From: an uncultured Methanosarcinales archaeon
Lineage (GTDB): Archaea; Nanobdellota; Nanobdellia; Woesearchaeales; GW2011-AR9
Length of the DNA: 64,000 nucleotides
Direction: 5' to 3'
Assembly (NCBI GenBank): GCA_964498285.1
Contig: CAZCGN010000001.1
Location: forward strand, 100,150 to 164,149
Translations under genes and position numbers: made by a program
Shown here: positions 1 through 9,788 of the stretch, one piece after another
How positions within the stretch are numbered: the stretch's first letter is position 1
How the letters are laid out: each line of letters begins with the position of its first letter
The notes under the pieces: model-generated
Told to the model about the DNA's origin: nothing
Seen by the model: only the letters and a program-made list of their open reading frames with translations
Database searches by the model: none

Positions 1-4
1 ACAT

Positions 5-1237
5 ATGAAATACGCACACCTAGCGGATCTTCACCTTGGTTCCTGGAAAGAGCAAGCCATGCGCGATCTTTCAACCAAAACATTTCTTAGAGCAATCGAT
101 ATGTGCATAGAACAACAAGTTGATTTTGTGCTGTTTGCAGGTGATCTTTTCAACACATCCTTACCATCTTTAGATACCCTTAAGATTGTCACTAAAAAAA
201 TCAAAGAATTGCAAGATAAAGAAATTCCTTTGTATGTAATTGCGGGCTCACATGATTTTTCACCATCTGGTAAAACAATGATTGATGTGTTAGAAAATGC
301 AGGCCTTCTCATAAACGTGTGCAAAGGAGAGGTGAATTCTGAAACAAAACAACTTGAACTTAAGTTCACGTATGATGCCAAAACACACGCAAAAATAACA
401 GGGATTATTGGAAGACGTGGTATGCTTGATAGAACATACTATGAAAATCTAAACCGAGCACCATTAGAACAAGAAGAAGGGCACAAGATTTTTATGTTCC
501 ATACAACACTAACAGAACTTAAACCAAAACATTTAGAGATGCTAGATTCGCAACCTGCTTCATTCTTGCCAAAAGGATTCAATTATTATGCAGGAGGACA
601 TATCCATCATAAAACATTAGTACACTTGCCTAACTTAGGACCACTAACATATCCTGGCGCTCTGTTTCCGAATAATTTTGCTGAACTTGAAAAATACTCG
701 CACGGGGGATTTTACATGATTGAAACCGACATGCAAACATCTCAGACAATTGATTGGCTTCCTGTTAAGATTCATGAGCATCTCAGATTAGAACTTGATT
801 GTTCAGCAAAAACGCCAGAAGAAATAACAGAGGAGATTAAAGCTTATTTTGCTCACAAGGATATCAAAAACACCATAATTACACTAAGACTTTTTGGCAC
901 AATAGCAACCGGTAAAACAACCGATATCAAATTTCAGGAGCTTTTCAAAACATTCTACGAAAAAGGTGCGTATATGTGTTTAAAGAATACAACAAAGCTT
1001 GTGAACAAGAATTTTGAAGAGATTAAAGTTTCTTCAATGAACCCTGAGCGAATTGAAGAACTAACTATCCAAGAACATCTTGGTCAATTTACAACATTCA
1101 AAAAAGAAGTTGAACTTGATCTCATACAAATCCTTATTACACAGCTAAATACCACCAAACAAGAAGGAGAAAAGGTTGCCGATTTCGAAAAAAGGGTAAG
1201 TGATGAGATTACAGCAACTCTTTCACACACACACTAA
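5..1237 (+). CDS. mre11: DNA double-strand break repair nuclease Mre11 (calcineurin-like phosphoesterase)
   Basis: The N-terminus HLADLHLG, then GDLF, GSHDF and GGHIHH, are the Mre11/SbcD phosphoesterase motifs. Length is 410 aa. Confidence 0.85.
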   Translation: MKYAHLADLHLGSWKEQAMRDLSTKTFLRAIDMCIEQQVDFVLFAGDLFNTSLPSLDTLKIVTKKIKELQDKEIPLYVIAGSHDFSPSGKTMIDVLENAGLLINVCKGEVNSETKQLELKFTYDAKTHAKITGIIGRRGMLDRTYYENLNRAPLEQEEGHKIFMFHTTLTELKPKHLEMLDSQPASFLPKGFNYYAGGHIHHKTLVHLPNLGPLTYPGALFPNNFAELEKYSHGGFYMIETDMQTSQTIDWLPVKIHEHLRLELDCSAKTPEEITEEIKAYFAHKDIKNTIITLRLFGTIATGKTTDIKFQELFKTFYEKGAYMCLKNTTKLVNKNFEEIKVSSMNPERIEELTIQEHLGQFTTFKKEVELDLIQILITQLNTTKQEGEKVADFEKRVSDEITATLSHTH

Positions 1238-2205
1238 TGAAAACAAAAACACTTAGGCAAAGGCGATATGAACGAGGTATGCAGCTTTACCTTTCATCTC
1301 TTTTTCTCTATGCCATCGCGATCCTTGCATTCAACACCATTCCATTTTATACAAATTATTTACAAGAACAAACACAAAAATTCTTACTTCTATTATTTTT
1401 GGGTTACGGTGTTCTTGCTCCAATCTATTATCTTGTAACAACTAAACAAGATTCAACAAATAAAACATTCCTTGTTCTCAATTTCATAGTTCGACTTTTT
1501 AAAAAGAACACACCAATTACAATTACTTTTCAAGAAAAGGTTGCCCTTCTTTTTATTCTTGTCAAACTCTTTTTTCTCCCCCTTATGTTTAACTTTTTTT
1601 TCGGCAACATGGCTGGACTCGAAGGACACCTAACAAATTTCAAACTATTTCCGTTTGCCCTTTTCTTGATATTCACACTTGACACATTGATTTTTGCGTT
1701 TGGGTATACGTTTGAGTTTAAATCACTGAAAAATGTTGTAAAATCGGTTGAGCCAACATTTTTAGGTTGGTTTGTAACACTCATCTGCTATCCTCCATTC
1801 AACGCAATTACAGGAGGGTACATCCCTTGGGGGGCAAACGATTATGCATTCTTTTGGAACGATACTATAACTAACATCGCACGAGGAATTCTCGTTTTCT
1901 TGCTTTTAATATACCTTGCAGCAACCTTTGCACTAGGTCCAAAAGCATCAAACTTAACAAATAGAGGAATTATAACACGATTTCCCTATTCTGTTGTGAG
2001 ACATCCTGCATACATCTCAAAGGTGAGCGTGTGGTGGATAACGCTCCTCCCATTTATTACTTGGCCATTTGCTCTCGGTATGCTTTTTTGGACATTCATT
2101 TACTTTATGCGAGCGATAACTGAAGAAAGACATTTAAGCTCAGATAAAGATTACCTGGAATATAAGAAAAAAGTAAAGTACAAATTCATTCCCTTTGTTT
2201 GGTAA
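1237..2205 (+). CDS. polytopic membrane protein with C-terminal isoprenylcysteine carboxyl methyltransferase/PEMT-like domain
   Basis: At least six hydrophobic helices. The C-terminus RFPYSVVRHPAYIS...ITEERHL matches the ICMT/PEMT signature (RHPxY ... EE..L). The start ATG shares one base with the mre11 TAA stop. Confidence 0.55.
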   Translation: MKTKTLRQRRYERGMQLYLSSLFLYAIAILAFNTIPFYTNYLQEQTQKFLLLLFLGYGVLAPIYYLVTTKQDSTNKTFLVLNFIVRLFKKNTPITITFQEKVALLFILVKLFFLPLMFNFFFGNMAGLEGHLTNFKLFPFALFLIFTLDTLIFAFGYTFEFKSLKNVVKSVEPTFLGWFVTLICYPPFNAITGGYIPWGANDYAFFWNDTITNIARGILVFLLLIYLAATFALGPKASNLTNRGIITRFPYSVVRHPAYISKVSVWWITLLPFITWPFALGMLFWTFIYFMRAITEERHLSSDKDYLEYKKKVKYKFIPFVW

Positions 2206-2224
2206 AATAAAAAAATTGGAGAGT

Positions 2225-2665
2225 CTATCTCCTGTTGTTTCTGTTATTACGAACATGCCTGAAGATGCCGAGTGCTACAAGTACCAATCCTGCAATAATC
2301 ACAAGGCCAATCCAAACTCCACTTAGATCAGTTACAACCTCACCTAGCCCTGCAAAGAATCCCATTCCTGCAAGATTTTCAGAAGATGGCGCTGCTGGTT
2401 CTTCTGCAGGCAGAGCTGGTGCAGCCAGATCTTCAGCAACTTCCGGTGCAGTCTCTTCTGCAGGTGCTTCTACAACTTCAGAGGTACTTGGTGGCAAAGA
2501 CCCACCACCTGAGCTTGAGGAACCAGTTGTCCCACCTGAACTCGTTGAACTTGAAGAACTACTACCACTCGCCGTTGCATCTGCAGGTCCAAACGCTGCA
2601 AAGCTCATTGACACTGCAAAAAGTGCAACAATAAAAAAAACCAATAGTTTATTTGTATGTCTCAT
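2225..2665 (-). CDS. small secreted/membrane-anchored low-complexity protein (signal peptide, Ser/Gly-rich and Pro/Ala/Glu-rich linker, C-terminal TM helix plus basic tail)
   Basis: Internal start MRHTNKLLVFFIVALFAVSMSFAAFG is a signal peptide. It is followed by SGSSSSSSTSSGGTTGSSSSGGGS, a PAEE-rich stretch, then GVWIGLVIIAGLVLVALGIF and RHVRNNRNNRR. Its ATG lies 1 nt after the giant gene's TAA. Confidence 0.6.
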   Translation of the reverse strand: MRHTNKLLVFFIVALFAVSMSFAAFGPADATASGSSSSSSTSSGGTTGSSSSGGGSLPPSTSEVVEAPAEETAPEVAEDLAAPALPAEEPAAPSSENLAGMGFFAGLGEVVTDLSGVWIGLVIIAGLVLVALGIFRHVRNNRNNRR

Positions 2666-2666
2666 T

Positions 2667-5600
2667 TTAACATCCCCACTCCGCTGGGAACCGCCACGTG
2701 CTTGAAGTGGCATCTGTTCCAATCAAGGTTGCACCAGCGGTCTTATCAACACAACTACTCAAGGCTGCATCACATTGCCATAAGGAAGTGCTCGATCCCG
2801 GTATTTGGAATTCAATCAACGTTGGCCTAATTATGTTAATGATCTCTTGACATTTAGTAGCACCAAGACCAACAAAATCACCTTGTGAGGTTGTGTTAAA
2901 ATTCAAATCAGATCCAGCTGTAAAATTCTGGAAAGCTGAGGTCACACTTCCTGTTGCACTTGCATTAATGAAAGTTACACTCCAATTATCTGCTGCTGCA
3001 ACTGTCGGATTACTTACTTTTAGGTCAAATTGACTCATCTGTGTTCTATTAAACTGTGAACCGGCTGCTGCGTTTGCAGTAAGAGAGCTAGTAGTACCAT
3101 CGGGAAAGATAAACACAAAGCTCAAATTTCCAGTAGGGTCCATTGCTGTTTCCCCAGGAAGTGGTGTTGCCTCAAAATTAAAAGTTGTACTACACCCACT
3201 GCACTCCGCAAGATTATCTTTCGTTGTAAAGTTTTCACATCTGCTTACAGCACAGTTCCCACTAATATCACAAACTCGAGTTTTGTAAAAGTAGGTTGTT
3301 GCATTCATAAGACCATTCGCTAGTGCTTCAGGATTGGAAGCATAACTATCTATTGGAGCACTATGCCACAGTTTATACGCTGAAAGTGCCGGATCAACTA
3401 TACCTATATCTCGAACTGTTGCATTAAGTGTTGCACAAGAACTATCATTGTTATAAAACCGTAAAGTTCCATTTGCAGGTTCGTTCGTATCATACTGTAC
3501 AAAAGCGCTCGTTGGAAATGCACTCACTTTTTGCCAGACAACTGATGGTGCCGTTCTATCTGTTGGATCAACCACTAAACTTCCTCCGCAGAAGAACGCA
3601 TCAGATTCACATCCAGGATCATCACAATCAACCAAGTTGTCACCATCATTATCACTACCATCTGCACACAAGAATCCTGCTTCATTTGGAGGAAAACCTT
3701 TCTGCAAAAAGAGTGAACAGTCCGGATCGTTTGATGCTGCAAGACCATCCCCATCCCTATCACCACTTGGTGCGGAACAATCTTCTATTGCAAAGCCGAT
3801 TGCCCCGGGGCTATAATATACTGGGCCGATTGCATCAGATATGAAGCTATCGTTTGTTACAAGGTTACTTACTGTTGAGTAAATTCTAAGGTCAACAGAT
3901 GTGTTAAATTCAGTATAATCAAAAAGTTCACTCTCATCAATTCCTGCCATTCCTCCCCCGATAAGATCACACATAATCTGTGCATTCGTTGTCAAAGGAA
4001 TTGGGGTTGGATACCATACTCCACTCACACACCTGTATGAAACCTTGAGCTCCGAAAGAGAGGAAGTGTATGTTGCTTGATACTTGAAGGAGAATTCATA
4101 TCCTGTTTGCGATGGATCCCCCCGCACAGTACAACTGTTTGTAGTATCCCCATCAGAATCCAAGTACCAAAAGAATGTTCCATTTTGAACACCGGTTCCA
4201 AGACCTCCACCTGAAACTGGAACACCATTACATATGCTACTGTTTGCAAGATTATCTGCAACACCTGTTCCAAGCACTAGCTGGCTTGTTGCATCTCGAA
4301 TTCCAACCGATACTATGTCAAACGTATCCTCAATTGCCGCAACACCAAGGGTTGCATCTCCTGTTGATGCAGACCCTAAGCCCTCAAACGGTTCATTGCC
4401 AATAAAGCTAATGAACGCAGCATCTCCTATCGGATCACACCAACCAGGATTTTCTGTTACTGAGACATTATTTGCAGCATTTGAATCTATAAAATATGTA
4501 CATGTTGCGTTAAGCGCACCATCACAATATGTTTGGTTTCCATCATATTGGTAACATGATCCCCCAAAAGAGTCTGGTTCACATAAACCACTAATAACCT
4601 CACACAAACCGTTTGTACCATCGGAACAAGTAGTATTTGTTTTCGAGAAACAGACCGGTTCACACGCTTGACGGTTAGTATTCCACGCACAGATCTGAGT
4701 TGAAGTAGAGCTAACAGTAACATTTGACTCACATAATGCTTGACTTGTCTGCCTTGTTGTGTTTCCATGACACTCAGAATACATCACAGGCTCACACCAA
4801 GATGGACCACCAGTAATATTCACCCAACCACAACCAGTAGCTGCTAGGCACGCAGTTTCATTTTGTTGTGGGAAACACCCCTCGTCAATAGTATTATTTA
4901 CTTCACAAAAAGAACCTGTTTGAAAGGTACATCCTGTTGTTGCATCACACGCCGTACTGTTAACATCATATTGCCAACATTGTTCTCCAGGGTACCCACA
5001 ATGTCCTGCATTAGCCCCTCCAAATGTTGCTTCAAAATCATCTTGGAGCCAAACGCACCCATTACTCAAGCAAGTAGTATTAATAACATATGATGGACAA
5101 TCACCAAACTGACTACTTAAAGATTCTCCACCACAAAACGCAGAGGTCGCACAGTTTGGATCAAGACAATCTACCTGGCCATCATTATCGTTGTCAATTC
5201 CATCAAAACAATTTTCACCATTATATCCTACTGGCTCACAATATCCGCCTGCCCAGCTACATGCACCAGCACCACCTTCACCATTATTGACACACGTTGA
5301 TTCATCTAAACAACTAAAACAATCATTACCACAATAGGAATCTCCAGCGGAATAACAATAGCCGCCTTGAGGACTGGCAGTATTGTTTTCCCATGCACAA
5401 CTAGCATTACTCGCACTACATTCTGCTTCAGGGCTAGTTAAAAACTGGCACGCTCCGCATTCCCCGCTACAGTCGCCTCCACCATTCGCAATATAATCAT
5501 CATCTGCCCCACACCAACCTAGGCCATTAAGAGAATTAGAATTCTCATCAAACTCACAGAAGCCTAGTGCTGAGTTTTCACAAGCACTTTCTGCCTGGGC

Positions 5601-8600
5601 AGTTGAATTACCCCAATCGGCATTCGCATTATTCTCACAAGCATAGCATGCAGTATCACAATTTCCCCCACCAGCAAAGTTGAATTCACACCAATTATCC
5701 GTTAGGGTTTGTCCATTAACTACAAAATTCTCACTTCTCCACACACCACCAGTAGCTTCACAGGCTGACTCTGTGTTTAAATCATCGAAACTTACATGGC
5801 CACCTCCTGTTCCAAACGCAGCGCCATTAAACCCACACATACTTGCAGCTGCATCCCATGAACAAGGCATGTACCATGGCGAACCAGCTATTTGTTCACA
5901 AAGTGTTTGATTGTTAAAAGAGTTGTAATCTTCGCAATAGTTTGCCCCGGGAGGGGTATCTGCAATAGAATCATAACAGGTGTTCTCAAACGAAGAAGTA
6001 CATGCCCCAGATGACCAACTACAACAGGTTGAAAGGAACGTTGCATCCCCACACAGACCTCTATCAACTATATCAGAACATTGAACGGGAGGCGTCGGCG
6101 CTTCATGCCCATTACAGATTGCTCCAGTCCAAGAACATCCAGTTATGTTCTGGCACACAACATCGGTTGTTGTAAAACCGCAACTCGGGTTACCAAATGA
6201 TGCGCTAAATGTTCCACTATTCTCACAACCCCCTGTGCTGTTAAGAAAACATCCCGGAGAAAGTTGACATTCATCAGAATCAAAATCATTACAATTATCA
6301 CCAAAAAAATCCCCGCCTAGTGGATTACAATAACTAGGGCCCACATCCCAAGTGCACCCTAAGCCATAAAGAGAATTTAAACCACTTTCACAAAATGTCT
6401 GATTAGTACTGTCACCCACCACACAAGAAAGCATTTCACAGAATTGAAAATCAGGGTCAGAATTCTCATCGTTCCAGTTACACTTCCCGTTACAATTGGA
6501 AGCTCCAGATGTTTCACATGCTGCCTGATTTGCATTAGTCGGGCATAGAGTACACCCTGCAAACGAACTTCCTGAACTTTCATCTTGACACGTAGCCGAA
6601 CATCCATCGCCACTTACAGTATTTCCATCATCACACATTTCACCAGTTTGCAGCTGACCGTTTCCACACACTATTGCCAATTCAGTGTACGTAAAATTAA
6701 TATCATTAAACGAAACATTCACTTTAAGAGAATAATTATCTGTAGCACCACCTGGCCCTTCAATACCAATCTGACCCCCAAGAAACACAATATGATTGTC
6801 TGATACAGCTGAGAGATTATATGTAGCAGTGACTTCTGCTCCTTCAAAACTACAAGTCAGCAGATTTGTTTGATTATCGTATGTAAGAAGGAGATTTCCA
6901 GACATATTACCACCCGTAAGACTTGGCGCAACAGTAGTATTCTGCGGAGGACTGCTACTTGCATTATACAGACGAAGTTGATTGTTATTAGTTCGCATGG
7001 AAACTGAACAGTATGGAACATTATTAGTTGATGTTGGTTGTTGTAAACCCAACTGAGCGTGTGCCCAAACACTAGTTAGTGTGCCATTCGAGGTATACGT
7101 ATTGGTTAGATTTTGCATAAAAAGAGCAGCCGTAAGTTCAAATCCTGGCCCACCTGAAAAGTTTTGTACTGTTTGAATGTTTGAGCTTGATGGCCCCGTT
7201 CTATTTACAAGTGTACCGTTTGAGAACTCATACGCAGAATTAGAGTTTATCACTGCCCTTAGATTATTATCTTGAACATCGTAAAACGAAGTATTAATCG
7301 TAGCTAAACCAACATTATCATAAAATGATGGAAGTGGTTGTTGAGGAGGAGAAGGAGGAGTTCCCACTGGCACATAATTGTTGGTATAGTTCCAATTATC
7401 AAATGTTGCATTCACTGTTCCATTCCAGTTGGCAGGAGATCCCGAAGGATTCATACCTGCAACAAGTGCAATATCACTTGATGAAGATAACACTCTTGAA
7501 GCCGAAGTTGTTGAAGTTGCTCCAGCCGAATCTAAAAATGTACATGTAAGCAGATTAGTTACATTATCATATATTAACGTAAATTGTCCTTCAGCGATAG
7601 CCACACTATCGGTGCTAGCAGGTGGCCCTGAAACGTTCCACAACATTAGAGTGATGCTTCCTTCAATCCCAATTTGAAGATTACACCTTACATCCACTGT
7701 ATTCATATTACTTGTGAGATCTGTTCCAATATCTACTCCTGCTGTAAGCGCAGTTGATGCTGCAAGCGTATCATTTGTATTTTGAAATGTTACATTCACA
7801 CCAATACTAAAATTGTTGGCACCAACTGTCCCATAGGAATCGTTAGTATACCTTCGCGCCCAAGGTTGCGTACCTGAGGTGAGCACAGTACCATTTATCA
7901 TAAGATAATTATTAACTACACTCGTGCCCAATTCTGCCCCAGCATTAGGGAGAAGAGTCGTATTCATAGCACTAAAATCTTCATAAAACGAGGAAAGTGG
8001 CACAATTACCGCTGGCGCAGGAGGAGCTGGCAGGCCCACACGAGCACCAGAAGAGTGATTATAATCTAAATTTTCAAAGGTCACATTTGCAGAACCATTA
8101 TAGGAAAATGGACCTTGCGGTTGAAAATAGGTTGTAAGACCAACACTGGTTCCTGCAGGGATTGCATTTCGCCTTGCAGTTCCTGATGCGACTTGACCCC
8201 CAGCTAAGAGAGAGCAATTCCATAATCCAGTTGAGTTTTCATAATCTAACGTGAGGTTACCTTCAAGAGTTGGTGCAAAACCACCAAGAGGAACAACAGT
8301 AGCTGGAGGACCAGACGAGTCATTCAGAAGATTTAGCTGAAACTGTGCGCCATTGTGGACTAGACCACATTGAGTGTAATAATCATCAGCACCAAGGTTA
8401 TAATATTCAATCATTGCCCTCTGGTTGATCGTACCTGTTGCTTCATACGTACCATTAGTAAGCGTGAAATTAACATACACCGTGGTCGACTGATTGTTGT
8501 TTGTTGCAGCAGCCCCCGTATACACCCTATACCCTGTAGCCCCAGTAGCCCCTGCAAGAGTCCCATTAAAAGACCCTTTGTTTGCAATGAGCTCAAAATT

Positions 8601-9599
8601 AATCCCAGCAGACCTCAATACAGCTGAAGTGAAATTACCATCAAGCGCATCATTAAAGTTCTCATAAAGCGAAGCAAGCGGAGCTGCTGGAGCAGCGCAA
8701 GTTCCAGCAGTTGCGAAATTAAAATCATTGTAAGCAGTTAACACAGTTGCATTTGATAAGAGAGAAGGATTACTACCACCAGCCAGATCAATATTCGTAT
8801 AAAACCCTGGACGAATATTTCCATACCCCGAAAGATCAAAGTTCAGCACAGAGCTTGCAAAAGTGCTCGCAGAAGTAAATGAACAATTATATTCCAACGC
8901 AGTTGAATCGTATTTAACCGAAAGGTTACCAAATAAGTCTTGAGCGCCGCCTAAAATAACCACCCCCCAATTACCGCCATCATTGGAATCATTTGAGGGA
9001 AATAACGCAGTGACACCGCCCATGTCATTAGAGAGATACAATGGGCAAACTGAAATAATTTCATCCGCATCTACATCTTGGAGTATTAACCCTGCAGTCA
9101 TGGAATGATTTTTTTCCCCGGTTGCTTCAAATGTAGAAGAAGTATCAGTTAAGTTCAATTCCATTGAAAAATTAAAATCGCCATTAACAGGCATTGTATC
9201 AACCATAAAGAATGCTGCATTTGCACTGACAGTATTATCAGAGAGATTAGTATTAAACAAAGTTCCATTAATTAGAATCTCATTACCAGAAAGGGCCATA
9301 GTTAGACCAATTGGAGGATCAGTAAAATCAGTTTCAAGATCTGCGCTTGGACCACCATCAAAACTATCTGTAAGTCCGGCATTATCGCATGCAAGAATGT
9401 TAACACCCTCACTTGGAACGGCTGCTGTTCCTACAACTGCACCCGTTAAAAGATTAGCTCCACCACTTGTTGCAAAGAATTGCTCAAACAATCCAACATC
9501 TGCTGCTGGTGAAGCTGCATAGAAATTTAACCCAACAATAACAACTAATAACACCAATGATAATGAAAATAACGCTCTCTGTTTCAAATGTACCACCAC
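2667..9599 (-). CDS. giant (2310 aa) secreted cysteine-rich surface protein, heavily N-glycosylation-sequon-rich
   Basis: Uninterrupted 6.9-kb ORF with an N-terminal signal peptide (MVVHLKQRALFSLSLVLLVVIVGLNFYAASPA). There are dozens of N-x-S/T sequons. A central block of about 700 aa is extremely Cys-rich and includes CGNGQLQTGEMCDDGNTVSGDGCSATC, which matches the Myxococcus-type cysteine repeat. Two Asp/Cys motifs (DGIDNDNDGQVDCLDPNC and DGSDNDGDNLVDCDDPGC) resemble the MopE-like putative metal-binding motif. No C-terminal TM helix. Confidence 0.8.
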   Translation of the reverse strand: MVVHLKQRALFSLSLVLLVVIVGLNFYAASPAADVGLFEQFFATSGGANLLTGAVVGTAAVPSEGVNILACDNAGLTDSFDGGPSADLETDFTDPPIGLTMALSGNEILINGTLFNTNLSDNTVSANAAFFMVDTMPVNGDFNFSMELNLTDTSSTFEATGEKNHSMTAGLILQDVDADEIISVCPLYLSNDMGGVTALFPSNDSNDGGNWGVVILGGAQDLFGNLSVKYDSTALEYNCSFTSASTFASSVLNFDLSGYGNIRPGFYTNIDLAGGSNPSLLSNATVLTAYNDFNFATAGTCAAPAAPLASLYENFNDALDGNFTSAVLRSAGINFELIANKGSFNGTLAGATGATGYRVYTGAAATNNNQSTTVYVNFTLTNGTYEATGTINQRAMIEYYNLGADDYYTQCGLVHNGAQFQLNLLNDSSGPPATVVPLGGFAPTLEGNLTLDYENSTGLWNCSLLAGGQVASGTARRNAIPAGTSVGLTTYFQPQGPFSYNGSANVTFENLDYNHSSGARVGLPAPPAPAVIVPLSSFYEDFSAMNTTLLPNAGAELGTSVVNNYLMINGTVLTSGTQPWARRYTNDSYGTVGANNFSIGVNVTFQNTNDTLAASTALTAGVDIGTDLTSNMNTVDVRCNLQIGIEGSITLMLWNVSGPPASTDSVAIAEGQFTLIYDNVTNLLTCTFLDSAGATSTTSASRVLSSSSDIALVAGMNPSGSPANWNGTVNATFDNWNYTNNYVPVGTPPSPPQQPLPSFYDNVGLATINTSFYDVQDNNLRAVINSNSAYEFSNGTLVNRTGPSSSNIQTVQNFSGGPGFELTAALFMQNLTNTYTSNGTLTSVWAHAQLGLQQPTSTNNVPYCSVSMRTNNNQLRLYNASSSPPQNTTVAPSLTGGNMSGNLLLTYDNQTNLLTCSFEGAEVTATYNLSAVSDNHIVFLGGQIGIEGPGGATDNYSLKVNVSFNDINFTYTELAIVCGNGQLQTGEMCDDGNTVSGDGCSATCQDESSGSSFAGCTLCPTNANQAACETSGASNCNGKCNWNDENSDPDFQFCEMLSCVVGDSTNQTFCESGLNSLYGLGCTWDVGPSYCNPLGGDFFGDNCNDFDSDECQLSPGCFLNSTGGCENSGTFSASFGNPSCGFTTTDVVCQNITGCSWTGAICNGHEAPTPPVQCSDIVDRGLCGDATFLSTCCSWSSGACTSSFENTCYDSIADTPPGANYCEDYNSFNNQTLCEQIAGSPWYMPCSWDAAASMCGFNGAAFGTGGGHVSFDDLNTESACEATGGVWRSENFVVNGQTLTDNWCEFNFAGGGNCDTACYACENNANADWGNSTAQAESACENSALGFCEFDENSNSLNGLGWCGADDDYIANGGGDCSGECGACQFLTSPEAECSASNASCAWENNTASPQGGYCYSAGDSYCGNDCFSCLDESTCVNNGEGGAGACSWAGGYCEPVGYNGENCFDGIDNDNDGQVDCLDPNCATSAFCGGESLSSQFGDCPSYVINTTCLSNGCVWLQDDFEATFGGANAGHCGYPGEQCWQYDVNSTACDATTGCTFQTGSFCEVNNTIDEGCFPQQNETACLAATGCGWVNITGGPSWCEPVMYSECHGNTTRQTSQALCESNVTVSSTSTQICAWNTNRQACEPVCFSKTNTTCSDGTNGLCEVISGLCEPDSFGGSCYQYDGNQTYCDGALNATCTYFIDSNAANNVSVTENPGWCDPIGDAAFISFIGNEPFEGLGSASTGDATLGVAAIEDTFDIVSVGIRDATSQLVLGTGVADNLANSSICNGVPVSGGGLGTGVQNGTFFWYLDSDGDTTNSCTVRGDPSQTGYEFSFKYQATYTSSLSELKVSYRCVSGVWYPTPIPLTTNAQIMCDLIGGGMAGIDESELFDYTEFNTSVDLRIYSTVSNLVTNDSFISDAIGPVYYSPGAIGFAIEDCSAPSGDRDGDGLAASNDPDCSLFLQKGFPPNEAGFLCADGSDNDGDNLVDCDDPGCESDAFFCGGSLVVDPTDRTAPSVVWQKVSAFPTSAFVQYDTNEPANGTLRFYNNDSSCATLNATVRDIGIVDPALSAYKLWHSAPIDSYASNPEALANGLMNATTYFYKTRVCDISGNCAVSRCENFTTKDNLAECSGCSTTFNFEATPLPGETAMDPTGNLSFVFIFPDGTTSSLTANAAAGSQFNRTQMSQFDLKVSNPTVAAADNWSVTFINASATGSVTSAFQNFTAGSDLNFNTTSQGDFVGLGATKCQEIINIIRPTLIEFQIPGSSTSLWQCDAALSSCVDKTAGATLIGTDATSSTWRFPAEWGC

Positions 9600-9788
9600 T
9601 CACCCTTTCTTTAACTACTTCGAATCATCAAGTAGATACTTTAGAGATAAAAAAGAGGTATTTAAAGCTTTCTTTTTTGAACAGAGGTATAGAACAGTAT
9701 TCTAGTGAGAAAAAGTGCATGTAACAGAGTGTTACAACATACACAAAACAAAATCTATATAAGAAAGCTATACGATACAAGTGACATA

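Noticed and set aside
2235-2705. 156-aa and 82-aa plus-strand ORFs overlapping the small secreted gene
   Set aside because: Antisense shadow ORFs of a GC-rich Ser/Gly/Ala/Pro-coding region. The minus-strand product has a clear signal peptide, a TM helix and tight coupling to the giant gene.
3428-3844. 138-aa His-rich ORF (HHHYHYHLH) and other 60-110-aa ORFs on the plus strand inside 2667-9599
   Set aside because: Antisense to the uninterrupted 2310-aa giant ORF. The His richness reflects the reverse complement of Cys/Asp-rich codons. Treated as spurious.
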